A model generated the notes under the pieces. That model worked only from the letters and a program-made list of their open reading frames with translations. It searched no databases and was not told where the DNA came from. A stretch of DNA of 64,000 nt, from assembly GCA_036496585.1 (NCBI GenBank), contig DASXLB010000004.1, positions 112,929 to 176,928 of the forward strand. Direction: 5' to 3'. Origin of the DNA: Vicinamibacterales bacterium. GTDB lineage: Bacteria > Acidobacteriota > Vicinamibacteria > Vicinamibacterales > 2-12-FULL-66-21. This document shows, piece after piece, positions 19,994 through 28,534 of this stretch; positions within the stretch are counted from its first letter, which is position 1, and each line of letters starts with the position of its first letter. The position numbers and the translations under genes are program-made.

Positions 19994-20842
19994 ATGAAGC
20001 GCTGGTCCGCGACGCTCCTCCTCCTTTTCGTGTGCTCGGTCGTCGCACACGCCGACGTCACCATCGTGCAGAAAACGACGGCCGAAGGCGGCATGGCGTC
20101 GATGGCTCAGTCAGGCGGATTGCCGACCCCGACGATCACCACTCGAATCAAGGGCACGAAAGGGCGGATGGACGTCGATCTCGGCAGCGCCAACCTGCCG
20201 GGCAACATGTCGACGATTACCGATGCCGGCGCGAAGCAGGTGGTCCTGCTGGACCACAATCAGAAGACCGCGCGCACGTCGGGGGCGCCGGTGCAGCCGG
20301 CGACCGGGCAGCCGTCCGCGGGCAGCCTCGAGAATTCGGTGGCCCCGACCGGCCGGTCGCAGACGATCGACGGGTTGAAGTGCGACGAGTACGCGTTCAA
20401 CACCACGATGAACCTCTCGCAGATGGGTGGCGCGCAGGTACCGCCCGAAGCCGCCGCCGCCATGCAGGGCGTCACCATGATCATGAAGGGGTCGATGTGG
20501 GTCGCCAAGGAGGCGCCCGGCGCCGCCGAATACGCCGCCTACCAGAAAGCCATGTCAGGTGCCGACCTGGCTGGCGCGGCGATGGGGGCAACCGGGGTAA
20601 GCCTGCCCGGCATGGAGCGGATGGCCAAGGCGATGGCCACCGTGCAGGGTGTGCCGGTGCTGACCGAGGTCACGATGACGATCGAAGCCGGGCCAGGGGC
20701 CTCCGACAACGCCCGCCAGATGGCAGCCATGATGGCCGGCATGGGCGCGATGAAGGTGACGACGAGAGTCCTCTCGATGAAGACCGACGCGATTGCCGAC
20801 GATGTGTTCCTGGTCCCGGCGGGTTATCAGGTCATCAAGTAG
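19994..20842 (+). CDS. Secreted methionine-rich protein (DUF4412-like)
   Basis: 282-aa track ORF with GGAGG SD and signal peptide MKRWSATLLLLFVCSVVAHA. 23 Met by my count (about 8%), clustered as AAAMQGVTMIMKGSMW, PGMERMAKAMATV and RQMAAMMAGMGAMK. The DUF4412 resemblance is from recollection only. Confidence 0.8.
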   Translation: MKRWSATLLLLFVCSVVAHADVTIVQKTTAEGGMASMAQSGGLPTPTITTRIKGTKGRMDVDLGSANLPGNMSTITDAGAKQVVLLDHNQKTARTSGAPVQPATGQPSAGSLENSVAPTGRSQTIDGLKCDEYAFNTTMNLSQMGGAQVPPEAAAAMQGVTMIMKGSMWVAKEAPGAAEYAAYQKAMSGADLAGAAMGATGVSLPGMERMAKAMATVQGVPVLTEVTMTIEAGPGASDNARQMAAMMAGMGAMKVTTRVLSMKTDAIADDVFLVPAGYQVIK

Positions 20843-20850
20843 GCGCGAGC

Positions 20851-22299
20851 TCACCGGCGCCGGGTGTAGGCGACCAGCTTCGACTCCGTCATCTCTTCGA
20901 TCGCATAGCGGACGCCTTCGCGCCCGAGGCCCGACTGCTTGACGCCGCCGTACGGCATGTGGTCGACGCGGAACGCCGAGCTGTCGTTGACGATGATGCC
21001 GCCGGCGTCGATGCCGTCGATGGCGGCGTCGATCACCCGCTGGTCATGGCTGAAGATCCCCGCCTGCAGGCCGAACTCGCTGTCGTTGGCCGCCGCGATC
21101 GCCTGGCCGATCTCGTCGTAACGGGTCAGCGACACGACCGGCCCGAACAGCTCCCGGCAGTTCACTCGGGCGGTCGCCGGCGCTCCCTCGATCACCGTCG
21201 GTTCCCAGACCGACCCGTGCCGGACGCCGCCGGTCAGCACCACCGCGCCGGCAGCACGCGCCTCGTCGATCCATTCGCCGATTCGGTCCGCGGCGGCCGC
21301 GTCGATGACCGGCCCGACATCGGTCGACTCGTCGAGCGGATCCCCAATCTTCAGGGCGCGCGCGCGGGCGACGATCGCCGCGCTGAACGCGTCGTAGATC
21401 GCCGCGTGCACATAGATGCGCTGCGCCGAGATGCACGACTGCCCGGCGTAGGCGAAGCCGCCCGATGCGACACGTTCGGCGGCGTGGCCGGCGTCGGCGT
21501 CGGCGTGCACGATCACCGCGGCGTTGCCGCCCAGTTCCAGCGTGACGCGTTTGCGGCCGGCGCGCGACTTCAGCATCCAGCCGACCGGCGCGCTTCCGGT
21601 GAAGGTGAGCAGCTTGATCCGATCGTCTTCGACGAGGTGCAGCGTGTCGTCGTTGCTGCAGGGGAAGACGGCGAGCGCGTCGGGCGGCCAGCCCGCGTCG
21701 AGGATGAGGCGCCCGAGCAGCAGCGCCGAGACCGGCGTCCGCGGACCGGGCCGCAGGATCAGCGGGTTGCCCGCGGCGAGCGCCGGCGCCACCTTGTGCG
21801 CGACCAGGTTCACCGGAAAATTGAACGGCGTGATCCCGACGATCGGTCCGAGCGGCACCCGCCGGACCAGCGCCTCACGCCCCTCGGTGCCGGGCAGCCA
21901 GTCGAGCGGCAGGATTTCGCCGGTGATGCGCCTGGCCTCCTCGGCGCCGACGCGCAGCACGAACGCGGCGCGGTCGACCTCGACGCGTGCGAGGGCGATC
22001 GGTTTGCCGGCTTCGAGCGCGATCGTCTCTGCGAACTCGTCGCGGCGCTGCGCCACCGCCGCCGCAATCCGCTCGAGCACCGCCGCGCGCTTCCACGAGG
22101 GCAGCCGTCTGGTCGTCTCGAACGATCGGGCCGCGGCGGCGATCGCCCGCTCGATTTCGGCGGCGCCGGCGCTGTGGACCGTCGCCACCAGCGATCCGTC
22201 GTACGGCGACCGCACGTCGAACGTCGAGCCCGTCTCGACCCGGGTGCCGTGCAGCAGAATTCCGAAGTCTCCGAGCCGGCTCGCCGCGCTGGTTCCCAT
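20851..22299 (-). CDS. NAD(P)-dependent aldehyde dehydrogenase family protein
   Basis: Track ORF 20851..22347. Motifs ELGGNAAVIV and catalytic Cys in YAGQSCISAQRIYV. Start set to ATG 22299 (MGTSAASRLGDFGILLHG), which has TACCAT 7 nt upstream. Confidence 0.9.
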   Translation of the reverse strand: MGTSAASRLGDFGILLHGTRVETGSTFDVRSPYDGSLVATVHSAGAAEIERAIAAAARSFETTRRLPSWKRAAVLERIAAAVAQRRDEFAETIALEAGKPIALARVEVDRAAFVLRVGAEEARRITGEILPLDWLPGTEGREALVRRVPLGPIVGITPFNFPVNLVAHKVAPALAAGNPLILRPGPRTPVSALLLGRLILDAGWPPDALAVFPCSNDDTLHLVEDDRIKLLTFTGSAPVGWMLKSRAGRKRVTLELGGNAAVIVHADADAGHAAERVASGGFAYAGQSCISAQRIYVHAAIYDAFSAAIVARARALKIGDPLDESTDVGPVIDAAAADRIGEWIDEARAAGAVVLTGGVRHGSVWEPTVIEGAPATARVNCRELFGPVVSLTRYDEIGQAIAAANDSEFGLQAGIFSHDQRVIDAAIDGIDAGGIIVNDSSAFRVDHMPYGGVKQSGLGREGVRYAIEEMTESKLVAYTRRR

Positions 22300-22306
22300 G
22301 ACCCCG

Positions 22307-22312
22307 ATGGTA
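22307..22312 (-). promoter_or_regulatory. -10-like box TACCAT, 7 nt upstream of ATG 22299
   Basis: The reverse strand reads TACCAT CGGGGTC ATG, with no SD. Confidence 0.3.
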
Positions 22313-22404
22313 CGCCAGGCACGGTGACCCCATGCCAGGGCGGCCACGATCCGTAACGGCTTACTCGCCGCGTAATCGCTTCGCCCGTAAGTCGCTGACG
22401 GACG

Positions 22405-22427
22405 CCTGGATCGCCGTCAAATCCAGG
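22405..22427. promoter_or_regulatory. Inverted repeat CCTGGAT-N9-ATCCAGG upstream of the cupredoxin gene
   Basis: Perfect 7-bp arms, read directly from the sequence, 51 nt upstream of ATG 22478. It is preceded by GTAA/TTAC half-site repeats at 22353-22390. Confidence 0.3.
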
Positions 22428-22477
22428 GCATCCGCCTTGCTCCGCATGGGCTCACGGTTCCCTGGAGGACACACGTC

Positions 22478-22900
22478 ATGTTCAAGGCAGGTTCGGTAGC
22501 CCTGGTGCTGGCAGCCGTGCTCGTCGCGGCGAGTTGCGGCGGCAGCAGCAGCGGCGCCAGTACGCCTACGACCCCGACGTCCACCGGCGTTCTCGCCCAG
22601 ACGACGATCACGATTACGATCTCCGGCTCGAACGGCAAGACTGCCTTCAGTCCGAATCCGGCCACCGTCGACAAGGGCCAGCTCGTCGTGTTCAAGAACG
22701 CCGATGTCGTCACGCACCACATCATGCTCGACGATGGCTCGCTGCAGACGGCCGACATCCCCCCGGGCGGCTCGAGCGCCGCGGTCGCGATGGGGACGAG
22801 CGGTTCGAGCACGTATCACTGCACGATTCACCCCACGATGGTGGGCGGTTTCAACGGCGCGGATGCTGAGCCCCCGCCCTGCAACCAGGCGTATTGCTGA
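22478..22900 (+). CDS. Cupredoxin (plastocyanin/azurin-like type-1 copper) lipoprotein
   Basis: 140-aa track ORF with GGAGGA SD. Lipobox LVAASC with a Ser/Thr-rich linker. Type-1 Cu ligand pattern: His in VVTHHIML, then YHCTIHPTMVG (Cys-X2-His-X2-Met). Confidence 0.82.
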   Translation: MFKAGSVALVLAAVLVAASCGGSSSGASTPTTPTSTGVLAQTTITITISGSNGKTAFSPNPATVDKGQLVVFKNADVVTHHIMLDDGSLQTADIPPGGSSAAVAMGTSGSSTYHCTIHPTMVGGFNGADAEPPPCNQAYC

Positions 22901-22967
22901 GGGGCGGGAGGATCGCGCATTGCACCGTGTGCCCCCGCGGCCTTCATCAAAGGACGGGGGACACGAC

Positions 22968-23444
22968 ATGGCAGCACGGCAGTACACCAATCCCGACTCG
23001 CTGTCCGACGCGCGGAGATGGGCCGCGATCGGCCTCGGCGCGGCTGCGGCGGCGCTCGCGCTGACCCAACTCAGGCGGGCGCACGGCCGCGGTGGCTTTG
23101 GCGCGAATGCGTCACCCCCCGTATCAAAGGCGTTCACGATCAACCGCCCGCCCGACGAGGTCGCGCATCTGTGGAACGAGCTGGATCCGTTCGGCGATAT
23201 CGTCGAGCACGTCCGCTTCGATCTCGCGCCGGGCAGTCGCGGCACCGAAGTGCGCGTGCAGTTCCAGCCGGCGTGGTTTGGACGGCGCAGCCCCGCGCGG
23301 GTGCAGGAACAGCTTCGCCAGTTCAAGCAGCTGGTTGAGACCGGCGAAATCGCCCGCGCCGGCTGCAACGGCGCAGTGACGTCGTTCGGCGACACGCCTG
23401 AAGGCGGGCGCGTCGAACAACTGTTCGTCGGAGGCGCGCGATGA
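22968..23444 (+). CDS. SRPBCC (cyclase/dehydrase-like) family protein with N-terminal membrane anchor
   Basis: Within track ORF 22704..23444, with ATG 22968 after AAAGGACGGGGGA. The segment [18 protein letters not shown] is followed by [20 protein letters not shown]...[16 protein letters not shown]. Its stop overlaps the next start (ATGA). Confidence 0.7.
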   Translation: MAARQYTNPDSLSDARRWAAIGLGAAAAALALTQLRRAHGRGGFGANASPPVSKAFTINRPPDEVAHLWNELDPFGDIVEHVRFDLAPGSRGTEVRVQFQPAWFGRRSPARVQEQLRQFKQLVETGEIARAGCNGAVTSFGDTPEGGRVEQLFVGGAR

Positions 23445-24613
23445 GGGCCAACTGCTGGATGGGCACGAAGCGAGTCGAGGTCCGACGGGTGCCCGACCCC
23501 GTGATCCTCAACCCCCACGACGCGATCATCCGGGTCACGAGCACCGCCATCTGCGGATCCGATGTGCATCTCTACGACGGATTCATCCCGACCATGCACA
23601 AGGGGGACGTCCTCGGCCACGAGTTCATGGGCGTGGTCGTGGAAGTCGGCAAGGGGGTGAAGCACCTTCGCCGCGGCGATCGCGTGGTCGTGCCGTTTCC
23701 GATTGCCTGCGGCCGGTGCAACATGTGCCAGGCGCAGCTGTTCTCGCTCTGCGAGAACTCGAATCCCAACGCGTGGGAGGCCGAGCAGCTGTGGGGCTAT
23801 TCTCCCTGCGGCATTTTCGGCTACTCGCACATGCTCGGCGGCTATCCGGGCGGCCAGGCGGAATACGTGCGGGTGCCGTTTGCGGATGTCGGTCCCTTGA
23901 AGGTGCCTGGCGAACTCTCCGACGATCAGGCGCTGTTCCTGTCCGACATCTTTCCGACCGGCTACATGGCGGCGGAGCAATCGAACATCAAGCCAGGGAG
24001 CGTGGTTGCGGTGTGGGGCTGCGGACCGGTCGGGCAGTTCGCCATCGCCAGCGCCTACCTGCTCGGGGCGGAGCGGGTCATCGCCATCGATCGCTTCGAG
24101 TCCCGCATGCGCATCGCCCGCGACCGCGCCGGCGCGGAGACCATCAACTACGAGAACACCGACGTCTACGAAGCGATTCGGGAGATGACCGGTGGCCGCG
24201 GCGCCGACGCGTGCATCGATGCGGTCGGCATGGAAGCGCACGCGGCCAATTCCTGGCACCTCTACGACAAGGCGAAGACGATGCTGATGATGGAGACCGA
24301 GCGGGGCGCGGCCGTGCGCCAGGCCATCATGTGCTGCCGCAACGGCGGCACCGTGTCGATCGCCGGCGTCTACGGCGGGTTCATGGACAAGTTCCCGATC
24401 GGCGCGATCGTCAACCGCTCGCTCACCATCAAGAGCGGCCAGACGCACGTGCATCGCTATCTGCGCCCGCTGCTGCAGCGGATTGTCGCCGGCGAGATCG
24501 ATCCGAGTTTCGTCATCACGCACCGGCTCCCGCTCGACCAGGCGCCGTTCGCCTACGACATCTTCACCAACAAGCAGGACGACTGCCTGAAGGTGGTGCT
24601 GAAAGCGGCGTAA
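23441..24613 (+). CDS. Zinc-dependent alcohol dehydrogenase family (glutathione-independent formaldehyde dehydrogenase-like)
   Basis: 390-aa track ORF. Motifs [20 protein letters not shown], structural Zn site CGRCNMCQ...C, and Rossmann VWGCGPVG. Confidence 0.92.
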   Translation: MRANCWMGTKRVEVRRVPDPVILNPHDAIIRVTSTAICGSDVHLYDGFIPTMHKGDVLGHEFMGVVVEVGKGVKHLRRGDRVVVPFPIACGRCNMCQAQLFSLCENSNPNAWEAEQLWGYSPCGIFGYSHMLGGYPGGQAEYVRVPFADVGPLKVPGELSDDQALFLSDIFPTGYMAAEQSNIKPGSVVAVWGCGPVGQFAIASAYLLGAERVIAIDRFESRMRIARDRAGAETINYENTDVYEAIREMTGGRGADACIDAVGMEAHAANSWHLYDKAKTMLMMETERGAAVRQAIMCCRNGGTVSIAGVYGGFMDKFPIGAIVNRSLTIKSGQTHVHRYLRPLLQRIVAGEIDPSFVITHRLPLDQAPFAYDIFTNKQDDCLKVVLKAA

Positions 24614-24689
24614 GCGCGAGCGGTGCCGTCAGCTGGCCGCATCCAACGACCCGGCCCGCCCGATGCGACGCGCGTTTAGGGGGCCGGCG

Positions 24690-25760
24690 CTACTTCGGCG
24701 GAATCGCCGCGATTGCGTCGGTCAGCGGCCCGCGCAGCTCGTCGTAGACGCGGTGCAGCGTCCAGTCGACGAAGTACACCTTGAACTGTTCGTTCAGCTT
24801 CGGATCGTCTTTGGTGATCGCAACCATACGATCGTGCAGGCGGGGGAAGATCTCCTCCTTTGCCTGATCGGGGTCGAGGCCGCGTGCCTGCGCGTCCCGG
24901 CCCTCCTTCAGCAGCTCGCGCAACCCGTCGATGGTCGCGTGCAAGAGTGCCTTGTCGCGCAGCGGCTCGCCGTGGCCGGGGACGATGACCACGGGGTCGA
25001 GCGCGTCGAGCCGCTCCAGCGTCTTCAGCCAGCCGGATGGATACGAGCTCAGGCCGAAGGTGATCGGATTGACCAGCAGATCGCCGCTGACGACGATCCG
25101 GTCGTCGGGCAGGTACAGGAAGGTGTCGCCGGGAGTGATCGCGCGATCCTCGTGCAGGACCTGGACGCGGCGGCCGCCGAGATCGAGGTCCAGCCGCGTC
25201 GTATAGGTCGTGTCGGGCAGGACGAGACGTGCGTTCTCCTTCTGCTCGAGGAAGAAGCGGTCTTCCGCGGCGAGCGGCGCCAGCGTCGCATCCGTCTGCG
25301 CGCGCTTCTCGAGCGAGGCGACGTAGTCGGGCAACTGCTGTTCGAGTCCGGGGCGGTTGAATTCGATCGCCGGCCCTGCCATCAGGGTCTTGGTCTTCTC
25401 GTGCGCGATCACTTTCACGCCCGGAAACGCGGCCGTGTAGGTCTCGGTGCCGTACCAATGGTCCCAGTGCCAGTGCGAGTTGACGACGTAGCGGATCGGC
25501 TTCGGCGTGAGCTTCCGGATCTCGGCGAGCACGCGTGCCGCCGCTGCCGGCGTGCCGTTGGTGTCGAACACGAGCACGGCGTCGCGGCCGACGATCGCGA
25601 CCGAGTTGCCGTCGAGGCCGACGTCACCGTACGGCTTCGACACGAACGCATGGACACCCGTCGCGACGTCGATGCGCTGCGGCGCCGGGCGGACATAGTC
25701 GGCGCGCGGCAGCGCCGCCGCGCCGGTGATGAGCAGGATCCCGATCGATGGCCGTCGCAT
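24690..25760 (-). CDS. MBL-fold metallo-hydrolase, secreted
   Basis: 356-aa track ORF. Signal peptide MRRPSIGILLITGAAALPRA and the HxHxDH motif NSHWHWDHWYG. Confidence 0.88.
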   Translation of the reverse strand: MRRPSIGILLITGAAALPRADYVRPAPQRIDVATGVHAFVSKPYGDVGLDGNSVAIVGRDAVLVFDTNGTPAAAARVLAEIRKLTPKPIRYVVNSHWHWDHWYGTETYTAAFPGVKVIAHEKTKTLMAGPAIEFNRPGLEQQLPDYVASLEKRAQTDATLAPLAAEDRFFLEQKENARLVLPDTTYTTRLDLDLGGRRVQVLHEDRAITPGDTFLYLPDDRIVVSGDLLVNPITFGLSSYPSGWLKTLERLDALDPVVIVPGHGEPLRDKALLHATIDGLRELLKEGRDAQARGLDPDQAKEEIFPRLHDRMVAITKDDPKLNEQFKVYFVDWTLHRVYDELRGPLTDAIAAIPPK

Positions 25761-25767
25761 GCGCCTT

Positions 25768-25773
25768 TATAAT
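25768..25773 (+). promoter_or_regulatory. Consensus -10 box TATAAT, 6 nt upstream of ATG 25780
   Basis: The sequence reads TATAAT TCAGGG ATG inside a 19-bp divergent intergenic region. There is no SD, implying a leaderless transcript. The complementary strand offers TATAAA 5 nt from the MBL start. Confidence 0.45.
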
Positions 25774-25779
25774 TCAGGG

Positions 25780-27111
25780 ATGCCGCTGCTCGTCACGCTT
25801 CTGCTGGCGTTGGTCACAAACCTCGACGCCCAGGCGCCGGCGGCGCTGTCCGACGCCGACTACACGGCGCACGCGGCGGCGGTGCTCGCCTCGATCGCCT
25901 CGAAGAACTACGCCGGCGTCGAAGCGCAGTTCGACGACCGGATGAAGGCCGCGCTGCCGCCGGGACGCTTCGGCGCCGGCTGGGATTCCCTGCTCATGCA
26001 GGCAGGCGCGCTCAAGCAGTGCGGCAGTCACGTGCGGGTGCGCGCGATCGACGACAAGCACATGGTCATCCAGACCTGCGAGTTCGAGAAAGCCAAGCTC
26101 GATTTCCAGATCGCCTTCGATCCCGCCAATCGGATTTCGGGCCTGGCGTTCCGTCCGGCGGCCGCCGCGGCCGCCCCCTATTCGCCGCCGCCGTACGCGA
26201 CGCCATCGTCGTACGGGTCGAGCGACGTTACGGTCGGGTCCGGCGAATGGGCGCTGCCAGGGACGCTGACGCTGCCCAACGGGGCAGGGCCGTTTCCCGG
26301 CATCGTGCTGGTGCACGGATCGGGGGCGAACGATCGTGATGAAACGGTCGGGGCGAACCGGCCGTTTGCCGATCTGGCCGCCGGCCTCGCCTCACGCGGC
26401 ATCGCCGTGCTGCGCTACGACAAACGGACGCGCGTCTACGGCCCGAAGATGGCGGCGCTGAAATCGTGGACGGTCAAGGAGGAGGTCGTCGACGACGCGC
26501 TCGCGGCGGCGGCGGTGCTGCGCGCGACCCCCCGCGTCGATCCCGCGCGCGTCTACGTGCTCGGACACAGCCTCGGCGGCATGCTGATCCCGCGCATCGC
26601 CTCCGCCGATCCCAAACTGGCCGGCCTCATCGTCATGGCCGGCGCCGCGCGGCCGCTCGAGAACGCCCTCGTCGAGCAGACGAAGTACCTGGCGGAGGCC
26701 GACGGCACTGTGACGCCAGACGAACAGAAGCAGATCGACGCCACGTCGATGGTCGCGGACCGGATTCGCGCGCTGACCCCGGCGGATGCCGCGGCCGGCC
26801 AGTACGTGTTGAACGCGCCGGCGTCGTACTGGGTAGACCTGAAAGGCTTCGACGCGCCCACCGCCGCGAAGACGCTCGGGCAGCCGTTCCTTGTCCTGCA
26901 GGGAGAGCGCGACTACCAGGTGACGATGAACGACTTCGCGCGCTGGAAAGCGGCGCTCGCCGGCCGATCGAACGTCGTCTTCCATTCGTATCCGGCGCTG
27001 AACCACCTCTTCCTGCCCGGCACCGGCAAGAGCCTGCCGGCCGAGTACGAACAGCCTTCGCACGTCGACCAGGCGGTCGTCGACGACATCGCCGCCTGGA
27101 TCAAGCGGTAG
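25780..27111 (+). CDS. Secreted alpha/beta hydrolase with N-terminal DUF3887-like domain
   Basis: Within track ORF 25726..27111. Start set to ATG 25780 (MPLLVTLLLALVTNLDAQAP signal peptide). Nucleophile elbow is LGHSLGG. Confidence 0.85.
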   Translation: MPLLVTLLLALVTNLDAQAPAALSDADYTAHAAAVLASIASKNYAGVEAQFDDRMKAALPPGRFGAGWDSLLMQAGALKQCGSHVRVRAIDDKHMVIQTCEFEKAKLDFQIAFDPANRISGLAFRPAAAAAAPYSPPPYATPSSYGSSDVTVGSGEWALPGTLTLPNGAGPFPGIVLVHGSGANDRDETVGANRPFADLAAGLASRGIAVLRYDKRTRVYGPKMAALKSWTVKEEVVDDALAAAAVLRATPRVDPARVYVLGHSLGGMLIPRIASADPKLAGLIVMAGAARPLENALVEQTKYLAEADGTVTPDEQKQIDATSMVADRIRALTPADAAAGQYVLNAPASYWVDLKGFDAPTAAKTLGQPFLVLQGERDYQVTMNDFARWKAALAGRSNVVFHSYPALNHLFLPGTGKSLPAEYEQPSHVDQAVVDDIAAWIKR

Positions 27112-27134
27112 CGCGGGGCGCGGCTCGCGCTGCG

Positions 27135-27557
27135 CTAGTCCTCGTCGCGGAAGCGTCCGCGCGTGCGTTTGGCGTCCCCACGGCGTTTCTTGACGTCGAC
27201 GCGCCGCTGCTTCGCCGCGCGCGACGGCTTCGTCTTGCGACGCCGCTTCGGCCGAACCAGGGCGCGGCGAATCAGGTCGACCAGCCGTGCACGCGCCTCG
27301 TCGCGGTTCTGGGACTGGGTCCGGTGCTCGCGGGCATCGATCACGATGATGCCCGCGTCGGTCACGCGAGAGCCGGACAGGGTCCGCAGACGATCGCGAA
27401 CCTCGCCGCTCAGTCCCGATCGCGACGGATCGAAGCGGAGCTGGACCGCCGTCGCAACCTTGTTGACGTTCTGGCCGCCCGGGCCCGACGCGCGGACGAA
27501 CCGCTCCTCGAGCGCGTCTTCAGGGATCAGGATGTCGGGCGTCACCACCAGCGGCAT
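27135..27557 (-). CDS. arfB: Alternative ribosome-rescue factor ArfB (peptidyl-tRNA hydrolase, GGQ class)
   Basis: 140-aa track ORF. GGQ motif in SGPGGQNVNKVATAV, plus the Lys/Arg-rich C-terminal tail typical of ArfB/YaeJ. Confidence 0.92.
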   Translation of the reverse strand: MPLVVTPDILIPEDALEERFVRASGPGGQNVNKVATAVQLRFDPSRSGLSGEVRDRLRTLSGSRVTDAGIIVIDAREHRTQSQNRDEARARLVDLIRRALVRPKRRRKTKPSRAAKQRRVDVKKRRGDAKRTRGRFRDED

Positions 27558-27572
27558 GTCAGCTCACCGGCT

Positions 27573-28493
27573 CTACTGCGGTCCGACGCCCGTGACGCGC
27601 GTCTTCACGGCGTAGAGCCCGGTCCGCGCCGTGATGAAGAGCGTCCGGTGATCGCTGCCGGCGAAGGCGACGTTGGCCGGCGCCTGCTCCACTGGGATGC
27701 TCTCGATCTCCGTGCCGCTCTTGCCGAAGACGTGGACCGCCCGGCCTGACGTCAGGTAGACGTTCCCCTCGGAATCGATCGTCATGCCGTCGGATCCCAT
27801 GTCGCAGAACGGCCGCTTGTTGGCCAGGGTGCCGTCGGCGGCGATGTCGTAGACGAACGTCTTGCGGCCGCGGATGTCCGACACGTAGAGCGTGCGGCCG
27901 TCCGGCGTGCCGATGATGCCGTTGGGCTGCTGCATGTCGTCGATGATGCGCGTCATTTTCTTGGTCGCCCGCGAATAGACGTAGACGGTTTCCGGACTCT
28001 CTTTCGGTCCGCGGTTCCACCACTTGCGGGCGTAGTACGGATCGGTGAAATAGATCAGGCCGGTCTTCGGATTGACCCAGACGTCGTTGGGTCCGTTGAG
28101 CAGCTTGCCTTCGTAGGTGTTGAACAGCGGCGTCACCGTCTTCGTCGCCGGATCGATCGACCACATCTCGTTCTTCTCGTCGGCGCAGGCGATCAGCTGG
28201 CCGTGCTCGTCGAACGTCATGCCGTTGCTGTAGCCGCTGGGCTGCATGAAGGTGGTCAGCTTGCCGGCCGTGTCGTACTCCATGATCCGGTTGTTGTCCT
28301 GATCGACGAAAAACAGATTGCCCCGATCGTCCGACGCCGGACCTTCGGTGAAGATGAAGTCGCCGGCGATCTTGTCGACGGTCGCGCCTGGCGCGAGCAC
28401 GCTCGGGGCGCCTGCCTGTGGCGCGGCGGTGAACACGGCCCGGGCGGGAACAAGGGAACCGGCGGCGAGCAGGAGGAGAACGGCGCGTTTCAT
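27573..28493 (-). CDS. SMP-30/gluconolactonase/LRE family beta-propeller protein, secreted
   Basis: C-terminal 306 codons of track ORF 27573..29219. Start set to ATG 28493 (MKRAVLLLLAAGSLVPARA). Typical motifs FTEGPA, NGMTFD, LNGPNDV, PNGI, SDGMTIDSEGNVY. TATAGT lies 6 nt upstream. Confidence 0.88.
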   Translation of the reverse strand: MKRAVLLLLAAGSLVPARAVFTAAPQAGAPSVLAPGATVDKIAGDFIFTEGPASDDRGNLFFVDQDNNRIMEYDTAGKLTTFMQPSGYSNGMTFDEHGQLIACADEKNEMWSIDPATKTVTPLFNTYEGKLLNGPNDVWVNPKTGLIYFTDPYYARKWWNRGPKESPETVYVYSRATKKMTRIIDDMQQPNGIIGTPDGRTLYVSDIRGRKTFVYDIAADGTLANKRPFCDMGSDGMTIDSEGNVYLTSGRAVHVFGKSGTEIESIPVEQAPANVAFAGSDHRTLFITARTGLYAVKTRVTGVGPQ

Positions 28494-28499
28494 GAACGC

Positions 28500-28505
28500 A
28501 CTATA
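28500..28505 (-). promoter_or_regulatory. -10-like box TATAGT, 6 nt upstream of ATG 28493
   Basis: The reverse strand reads TATAGT GCGTTC ATG, with no SD. Confidence 0.42.
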
Positions 28506-28534
28506 GCGCGTGACGCCGCGCGTCGCGCCCGTGG

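Noticed and set aside
22361-24523. 720-aa minus-strand ORF.
   Set aside because: It is antisense to the cupredoxin, SRPBCC and Zn-ADH genes. Shadow ORF.
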